Below the pieces are notes generated by a model. That model worked only from the letters and a program-made list of their open reading frames with translations. It did no database searches and was not told where the DNA came from. From assembly GCA_031411295.1 (NCBI GenBank), contig JANOAV010000182.1, forward strand, positions 1 through 39,200: a stretch of 39,200 bases of DNA, written 5' to 3'. Positions 29,501-36,900 of this stretch are shown here, in pieces. The translations under genes were made by a program, and so were the position numbers. Origin of the DNA: Verrucomicrobiales bacterium. GTDB taxonomy: Bacteria > Verrucomicrobiota > Verrucomicrobiia > Verrucomicrobiales > V1-33. Within the stretch, counting starts at the first letter, position 1. The number at the start of each line of letters is the position of its first letter.

Positions 29501-30846
29501 TCCAGACAGGCCGGCATAAACGGAATGCCATCCAGATTGTCCCCCACGCGCTGGCCCGCCGAGGCCAGTGAGCCATTGCCCGCCGCACAACAAATCAAAA
29601 CGTTATCCGCCGCCGCAAACGCCGATTGGGCGAACAGGGGCGCTGCTCCGTAGCTTCCCAACGATAGATTTGCGATGCCAATCTTCTTCGCTGCAGCCCA
29701 GGCCACAGCATCCGCCACATCGCTCCACAACCCACTTCCTGTAGCCCCCAACACCTTGAGTGAGACAATGCGCACGCGCCCAGCGACGCCTGACACCCCT
29801 TTCCCATTGTTCACCCGCGCCCCCAGAATACCCGCCACATGCGTGCCGTGGCCGAAATCATCCTGCGGATCGTTGTCGTCATTCACAAAATCCCAGCCAT
29901 GCACGTCATCCGCCAGACCGTTACTGTCATCGTCCTGATGGTTGGTGGATTTGTCACCTCCGCTGCCATCCAGGCCGCTTTCCCCCGGATTCGTCCACTC
30001 ACTCCCCGCCAAATCTTCGTGACCACTGTCCACCCCAGAGTCGATCACCGCCACTTCCGCCACCCCCGTTCCTGCCCCCTGCTCCCACGCCTCTGGGCCG
30101 TTGATGTCCGCATCCTCCGTGCCACTGTTTCCATTAATCACCTGACCGGTATTGTGCAGACTCCACTGTTCAGCAAAACGCGGGTCATTTGGCAGGGCCG
30201 ACGGAAAAAGATACCCATCCGCACCCGCCGCCAACACCCCGCTCAGCACAGCCAATTTCACCACGGCCTCGGGCAAAGAATTCGCATCCTTCGACTCGAA
30301 GCCAACCAGATACCTTCCCGGCAGGGCCAGCCTGCGAATAACGCGAAAGTCCGGCGGTAACGCCGAAGCCAGATCAGCCTCGCTGTGGCCCTCGCGAAGG
30401 ATCACGACCACATGATCTGCCGGCATGACCCGCCGCTCCACCAAACGGTTGTCCTTGATGCTCGCCACTTCCTCAATCCGCACCTTCCGGTGCCGACTTG
30501 GCGCTCCCGGAACCTGCCCCAGGAGCACCCTTGCGCGCATCTCCGAACCGGTCGGCCCGGGAACCGGAAACGCCAGGCGTCCGACATCCTCATAACTTGC
30601 CGTGACCACAAGCCCTCCGGGCATCGGATTCACCCCGTGCTGCGCTGGGAGAACCCCGGACCACGGCGGTAATGGACGCTCCGTTGCAGGAACCGACTCG
30701 CCCGTTCCTTTCGTATCGCTAACCCAGATCAGGCCCACGTGGCAGTCCACACGCGAGTTACTACTTTGGAGCCAGAAGATCACAACCAATGCCATCGCCA
30801 GTAGCCTTCCGGTTCTGCGCCTGCGCTTGTGTGAGTTGGTGGTCAT
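26596..30846 (-). CDS. S8 subtilisin-like serine peptidase-RCC1 repeat fusion (paralog A)
   Basis: Basic N-terminus plus hydrophobic segment. VAVIDSG, HGTHVAG, AAGN, GTSMAAAF; RCC1 repeats (HWLALRTDGSITAWGEGSSGQLG, ALRADGSVWGWGRNDG); the shared C-terminal domain. Confidence 0.92.
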   Translation of the reverse strand: MTTNSHKRRRRTGRLLAMALVVIFWLQSSNSRVDCHVGLIWVSDTKGTGESVPATERPLPPWSGVLPAQHGVNPMPGGLVVTASYEDVGRLAFPVPGPTGSEMRARVLLGQVPGAPSRHRKVRIEEVASIKDNRLVERRVMPADHVVVILREGHSEADLASALPPDFRVIRRLALPGRYLVGFESKDANSLPEAVVKLAVLSGVLAAGADGYLFPSALPNDPRFAEQWSLHNTGQVINGNSGTEDADINGPEAWEQGAGTGVAEVAVIDSGVDSGHEDLAGSEWTNPGESGLDGSGGDKSTNHQDDDSNGLADDVHGWDFVNDDNDPQDDFGHGTHVAGILGARVNNGKGVSGVAGRVRIVSLKVLGATGSGLWSDVADAVAWAAAKKIGIANLSLGSYGAAPLFAQSAFAAADNVLICCAAGNGSLASAGQRVGDNLDGIPFMPACLEVGHIIAIGAVGQSFALAPFSNYGGGKVDVLAPGVQILSTKAGGGYEYKSGTSMAAAFVSGTAALALEHQPGAPPVTLRKILELSVRRSPRASGQCLTEGQVDAAEVVRYARLNLDRHMLGRASAILPNGRVQMWDGVYATGTEVPGIVPGIDNAVTLEEGFEVNFATILGKDGRVWIYDRGDPGVAPLPFPTMAGGSPGYLQVDGAIGIIAATPRLLLRDDGTVWYSLRDPFSAGGRPPLTQVPGLSGAVQIAETLSGAYARTATGSVYAWWDAANNLGLGAGTADVPTPVQISPLPAIRQLSVDRETGTVLALDSSGLAYGWSSLAYPGLGLSGSPQWVRTPQRLPHFDGSLAVGSHREIARSIASDGRVWTAPASGTGVGAQLDPSIPAGSRFFDRAVLRNLVLDRKGDCFDTGYSTIRSGLPSGPEIQLGASAVEFARYADGVGSARLTNGEIQTWGSAGGLRGDGRADVVSRPVELSYFGKASTALGFVDSGLSTPFLWRSGGDTAFSYWRNAGSSGIADIIQPTLPPGMLSAAKSMDGYVRDSSGGVWFRALADPIGFSAVNLPAGIRQMAKLAEEDYAFTAADGRVWQRSSGTAAGAPSSLFDLPLEVGNVKAVCRCGAGLHYAGGHPAALILTDTGTLWQFRNLGGGTFDMLEQIEDVTGVVELASEYVLLTDGSVWKINWPQASSLWLAAARPGGIAAPFVTITTSPDLTHWLALRTDGSITAWGEGSSGQLGTGSIPVATSVGEVFGIADAIKIWAGEASSFALRADGSVWGWGRNDGRLGNYTNKEAAPVPILGSGGVSTVVQNTGTVLADWLTTYFSREELAAINISGDEADPDRDGLTNLVEYALGSDPTEPSDGDGEDSGLTCSFETVSSEALSADGNGNASGELHFTVKLKRRAKRPGIEYRVEFSDDMVNWTSSPTRLLKVLESEKTVIYRDIEPLSVTPRRWARLVIRKGN

Positions 30847-30876
30847 ATGTGGTAGTCGATCCTTTCAGAATAATAA

Positions 30877-30902
30877 AACGTGAAATATTTTTGGTTGTGA
30901 CA
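30877..30902 (-). promoter_or_regulatory. ECF-sigma-type promoter TGTCAC-N16-CGTT upstream of paralog A
   Basis: Matches the element at 22006-22031 in -35 sequence, spacing and approximate distance to the ATG. It sits in an AT-rich spacer. Confidence 0.6.
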
Positions 30903-30940
30903 TCCATGCCATAATATTTGAAAGGATAGCCTTATCTTAG

Positions 30941-33900
30941 TTAGTTTTTTTGCACCCGCACCCGGACGAATTGCCGCGACTGTCCCGGAGCCAAACCCGG
31001 GGTCCGCAACGTCACTAACCGGTAGCCTGAAGGATACCCCGGTGCTGGGGCGCTGGAAATCTCGGTCATTCCCTGCCCGCTCCAAGTCACCCCATCCAAG
31101 GACCATTCCGCCCAGTAAGTCACCCCGGCATAGGTATAACTTCCATTTGGACCAACCAATCCCCCAAAGGACCTCGGAAAGCGCACCAGCAACCCACCAC
31201 CGCCAGTCCCCTCCAGCCCTGCGGCCTCCACGGGCCACCCGTTAGGCTGCCCCGTCGGAGTCCCCAGCGCCCATTCCAAAAGCCCGTTCATCCCATCCGC
31301 GTCCCCATCCACCTCCAAGTCTGTCACCCCCAACCGCGTTTGCCAATTTGCCAACGTTTCGCCCTCAGGCACATCAAGCACATTGAGCGCCAGCGTGCGA
31401 TCCAAAATGTTGCCACCGGAATCTGTCACCCGCACTCGCACACTCAGCGCGCTGGCCCCCTCGTAGTCCAGCGCCGCCGCCGTGACCAGTGCATCCCCTA
31501 CGATCGCAAAAAGTCCATTATTCGTATCGCCAGGCCCAGCCACCAACGTATAGGTAAAGGTCTCGGTGCTCGCATTGGAGACGCTGGCCTTGCGCAGTCC
31601 ATCTCCTCCCTTGCCCACACTTGCGGCGGGAGGATTGAGATCCGGATCATCCGTGAGCATTCGGGCCACGATCGTTCCCACCGGAACATCCTCCGCCACC
31701 ACGCCACTCGTCAGACCGATGGCCGTCGGCGGTAAACCAGACCCCACATTGATGATCACAATCTTGTCCCCGCGCGAGGCACTGCCCGTCGCGTTGCGTT
31801 CTGCGAACAGCCTCACGAGGTAGCGCCCAGTCTGCGTGGGTGTGCCGATGACCGCTCCCGTGCTCGCATCCAGACTTAACCCTGGCGGCAGGCCCATCTC
31901 CCAGAAATTATTCGGGCTTCCCGTCGTGGTGATTTGGTAGCTAAAGGCCGCTCCGAGCGTAGCGACACTTAATGCAGAGGAGGTAATCTGCGGAGCCATC
32001 GCGCCGCGCTCGATAAGCAAGTGCCTCCCACTAGCACCACAGTGCATCCGCACCGCGCGATCGAGCCAAGCGGGAATGATAATCGGCGGATGCCAGCCGA
32101 GGTAGGGTGCAAATTCGTGTTCCTCATAGGCGCCTTTCCCCGCTATAACACCCGCAGCGGTCCGATACACGCTGCCTGTCGTCGTCGTAGCAAGTTCGAC
32201 GATGTCCGCGGGCAGACCGCCAAGCTCGCACTGGCCATTCGCACCCCAGCCCCACGCGGAGACCTGCCCACCAGATGACACCGCGATCGTGTGATTCGCT
32301 CCGACGGCGACGGCGGAAAACGCGGTCGATGCAACGGACCCAGGCGCGCGCGTGTATTGACCGTTATTGATTGGGTTAATACCCCACGGATTCACACCCC
32401 AGCCGGTCAGCCGTCCATAGAGGCCGAGCGCCATCGCATGCTTCTCACCGGTGGCAAGCGCCACCACATCGGTCAACTCCGACGCGGGCGGCAGCGTGAC
32501 TTGACCGAAGGCGTTGTCTCCCCACGCGACGATGCTGCCGTTGCCCCTCAGAGCGAGCGCGTAGTCGGGACCGGACGCGATGGAAACAACGTTGCTCAAG
32601 CCCGCGGGCAGCGCGCTCACCGCAGGTGACAAACCTGCCGCGCGCACCGTGCCATCGCGCAACAGGTAAAGCACATGGTTTGTGCCCGCGCTGACTTGCG
32701 CCACCGGCCCGAGCCCGCCGGGAATATTGCACTGGCCCACGTTGTTCTGGCCCCACGTCGTCACCGTTCCGTCATCCTTGACCGCGACGCTGAAAAAGAA
32801 ACCGGTCGTCGCATCGACCGTTGCGCGCAGTGTGCCCGGGACGATTTCGCCGGGATTCGGCATGAAGTCCGTGTTGCCTGGACCTCCCGGACCAGGTCGT
32901 CCGCCGCTACCGAGGGCGACGAGCGTGCCGTCGGGAAAGCTATTCGGATCGAGCGGATTCGTGCCCGCAGCGACTTCGGCGCCGTCCATCGCGCCATCGC
33001 TGTCGGTGTCCTTGTTGAGCGGGTTCGTGCCCAGCGTGAGTTCCTGCGCCTGCGTGAGTCCGTCCGCATCGTCGTCGCTCAGGGTGTCGTCGATGATCGT
33101 TATGCTGAGCGGCTTCTCAAATTCATTTCCCGCCGCATCTACCGCGCGCAGGCGGATCGTGTAGCTCGTCTTCGTTTCAAAATCGAAGCTCACCGCGGCG
33201 AGCAACTGGCTGCCGCTGATCGTGAACTTCGCGTTGTCCTCCGCCTCCGGACCGCTGTTGATCAGGCTGTAGGTGAAAGCGTCGCCTGCATCCGCATCCG
33301 TCGCGCTTAGCGCGCCGATGGCGGTGCCGACCGGCTTTTCCTCAAAGATGCTTGCGGGGGAAAGCGCGAGATCAGTTGGCGCACTGCCGCCGCTGCCGAT
33401 GGAAAAGATCATCACCTTGTCGCCGCGCGACCTCGTTCGTTCGGCGAAAACGCGGCAGAAGAACCTCCCGGCCTGCGTCGGTGTGCCAATGATTTCACCC
33501 GTCGCCGCATTGATGCTCAGCCCTGATGGCAGGCCCATGGCCCAATGATTGGTCGGGCTGCCGCTTGCTATGATCTGATGCGAAAAAGCTGCCCCCACCG
33601 TGCCTTGCAGAAAATTCGGCGAACTGATCACAGGCGGCGGCATCCCGCGCAGGAGAAGCAAGTGCGAACCGCTCGCACCATAATTGGCCCAAGTCACGCG
33701 GTCGAGCCAATTCGGCAAAACGATCGGATCGGACAGGCCGAAATACTGTGAGAATGAATACCCGTCATAGTCGCCATGTGCCGCCAGCGCGCCGCCCGCT
33801 GTGCGATACACGCTGCCTTCCATCGTCGTCCAGATATCCACGATATTGGCGGGCAGTCCGCTAAGGTTGCACTGGCCGACATTGTTTTTACCCCAGGCGA

Positions 33901-36900
33901 GTAACTGCCCGCTGGCCGTGATCGCTAGCGTGTGCAGGCCACCTGATGAGACGCGCGCGATGTTTGTCGTAGCGATGTTCGCGGGTGCCGCGACATTGCC
34001 GCTCGCGGCGCTGCCCCACGGATTCGTGCCCCACGCGTGGAGCCGTCCGAGTCGGCTGAGCGCGTTCGATTGCACCAACCCCGCCGAAATTGAAACCACG
34101 TCGTGCAGTTGCGCCGCCGCCGGGAGATTGAGTTGCCCGTATTCCGTGTGTCCCCACGCGACGACTGAACCGTCCACTTTCAGCGCCATTCCGTAGTTCG
34201 CACCCGACGCGATTGCGACCACGCCGCTCAATCCCGCGGGCAGCCCACTGACCGCTGCGGACGATCCAGCGGCACGCACCGTGCCATCGCGCAGGAGATA
34301 AAGCACATGCGATTGCCCTGCCGCGACGCGCGCAACCGGGCCGAGGCCGACGGGAATGTTGCACTGGCCCTGCGTATTCAATCCCCACGTCCGCACGGTT
34401 CCATCGGCCTTCGCGACCACGCTGAAAAGATCGCCGCTCGAAGCATCGACCACCGCGCCAACATCGCCGGGAATGATCAGACCGGGATTCGGGATGTAAG
34501 TCCCATTGCTGCGCGGACGGTCGCCGCCACTCAGGGCGACGAGCGTTCCATCGGGAAAAACATTCGGGTCGAGGGGATTCGTTCCCGCAGCGACTTCCGC
34601 GCCGTCCATCGCGCCGTCACCGTCGGTGTCCTTGAGCAGGGGGTTCGTGCCGACGGCGAGTTCCTGCTCCTGCGTAAGGCCGTCGCCATCGTCGTCCTCC
34701 GTAGTGTCGTCAGCAACGGCAATCGTGAGCGGTCTCTCGAATTCGTTCCCCGCCGCGTCCACCACGCGCACCCGGATCGTGTAGCTATTTTTTGCCTCAT
34801 AGTCAAACGCCGCCGATGTGCGCAGTTGGTTGCCGGCAATATTGAATTTTGCATTGTCCGACGCCTCCGGCCCGCTATTGATGAGCCAGAAGGTGAAGGT
34901 ATCGCCGGCATTCGCATCCGTCGCACTCAACGTGCCGACGACACTGTTCGTCGGGCGATTCTCCACGATGGAGGCCGGCGTCACCGCGAGATCGGTCGGA
35001 GCGCTGCCGCCCGACCCTATGGAGAAGATGATTACCTTGTCGCCCCGAGCGGCGCTGCCCGGCCCGCTGCGCTCGGCAAAAACACGGCAGAAAAACCTCC
35101 CGCTTTGTGTGGGGGTGCCGGTGATCTCGCCAGTCGCAGCGTTGACCATGAGGCCGGGCGGCAGATTCATTGTCCAAAAATTTGTCGGCGTGCCGGTCGC
35201 GGTGATCTGGTGGCTGAACGCCGCGCCGACCCCTCCCTGCACGAGTGAAGGGGAGGTGACATCGGGATTCGCGTTCCCGCGCAGAACGAGCAGGGTTGTG
35301 GCGCTCGCTCCAAACCTCGCCTTGGTCACGCGATTCAGCCAGGCCGGGATGACGATGGGGTTTACCCAGTTCACATAGGGCCGGATCGCGTAGGTTTCAT
35401 AAGATCCGCGTGCTGTGAGCAGGCCCGACTCCGTCCGATAGACACTGCCCTGACCGGTCGCCGTGACTTCTACGATGCCGGCAGGCAATCCGGTGGTGTC
35501 GCACTGGCTGTCAGTCGTCCAACCCCAGGCGAACAGTCGCCCATCGGCAGCCAGCGCCAGTGTGTGGTCGCTTTCCGGTGAGACGCTCACGATGCTCGTG
35601 GTGTAAATTTCAGCAGGAGCCGGCACAAAGTTGCTCACACTGCTCCCCCACGGGTTTGTCCCCCATCCGTTGAGACGGCCGAAGCGGCTCAGCGTCATCG
35701 TGTGTTTGTTGCCGGCGGAGAGCGCCACGGTGTCCTGAAGCTGCGCGGCAGGCGGGAGAACTAGTTGGCCATACTCCGGGTGGCCCCAGGCGACGAGAGA
35801 ACCATCGCCTTTCAGGGCCAGCCCGTAATCTCCACCCGAGGCGATGGCGATGACATTGGTCAAGCCCGCGGGTAGTTGGCTCAAAGTGGACGATGTGCCA
35901 GCCACCTTCACCGTGCCGTCGCGCTGGAGATACATTGTGTCGAAGGCGCCCGCGCTGACTTGAGCCACTGGACCGAGGCCCGCCGGCTGATTGCACTGGC
36001 CTTTGTCGTTCAGACCCCAGGCATGCACAATGCCATCGACCTTTAGTGCCACGCTGAAAAGGTAGCCGCTCGATGCATCAACCGTCGCGCTAACGCTGCT
36101 CGGCACCTTCTGCCCTGGATTCGGAATCGTGCCCGCGAAATACGGTCCCGGACGGTCACCGCCCCCGAGCGCAATGAGGGTGCCGTCAGGGAAAAAATTC
36201 GCGTCGAGCGGATTCGTGCCTGCGGTAACTTCCGCGCCGTCGTTGGCACCGTCGCCATCCGTGTCGGCAATCAGCTGATTGGTGCCCATCGCAACCTCCT
36301 GGGCTTGCGTCAGTCCATCCCCATCGTCGTCCTCGCCCGTGTCATCCAGAATCGCGACGGTGATTGTTTTCTCAAACTGATGCCCGCCGCTGTCGGTGAC
36401 ACGGAGGCGGAGAGTGTAGCTGTTCTTGGTTTCATAGTCGAAACTGGCGAGCGTCTGCAGTTGGCTGCCACTGACGGTAAACTTGCCGTTTTCCACTGCT
36501 TCAGGACCACTGTTGATTAATGAGTAGCTGAAGCTCTGCCCTTCATCAGTATCGGTGGTGGTGAGGCTCCCCACGACACTGCCCGACGCGAGGTTCTCGA
36601 TGATGCTCGCGGGTGCCAGAGCGATGTCCGTCGGTGGCACACCAGCACTGGCGATATTGAAGATGATGATCTTATCCCCGCGGGAGGCTGAGCCCGGAGC
36701 AATACGCTCCGCAAAGATCCGCACCCAGAATCTCCCCGCCTGCGTGGGCGCGCCAGCGATCTCGCCAGTAGTCGGATTGAGCGTGAGTCCCGCAGGCAGA
36801 TTCATTGCCCGGAACATGTTCGCTCCACCCGTAAATTGAAGCTGATGCACGAATGCACTGCCTACTGTGCCGCTCAGGTAGAGGGGTGAAGTGATAACCG

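Larger units (their letters stand above)
12964..30902 (-). repeat. Diverged ~9 kb tandem duplication: [promoter-A-B-CotH stub][promoter-A'-B'-CotH]
   Basis: Three landmark pairs recur at similar offsets: promoter 8871 nt, A-to-B spacer core 9138 nt and CotH 5' region 9195 nt. Confidence 0.8.

Noticed and set aside
13072..30846. Diversity-generating retroelement as the cause of core variability
   Set aside because: No reverse transcriptase and no TR/VR pair with adenine-specific differences in the window. Divergence spans kilobases and includes indels.
13072..30846. Polymorphic toxin-immunity array
   Set aside because: No small immunity ORFs between the genes, and the C-termini are the most conserved part rather than the variable part.
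30897..30911. Sigma-54 promoter (minus strand TGGCATGGATGTCAC)
   Set aside because: The -24 box matches but the essential -12 GC is AC, and the second copy near 22030 lacks it. The ECF reading fits both copies.
30843..31238. 131-aa minus-strand ORF bridging the giant gene and paralog A
   Set aside because: Out-of-frame overlap with the giant gene's conserved C-terminal domain, runs through the promoter spacer, and has no protein-like features.
32675..35378. Long plus-strand ORFs within the giant gene (e.g. 34307-35248, 32675-33310)
   Set aside because: Typical high-GC antisense ORFs that recur with the repeat period and have no independent coding signal.
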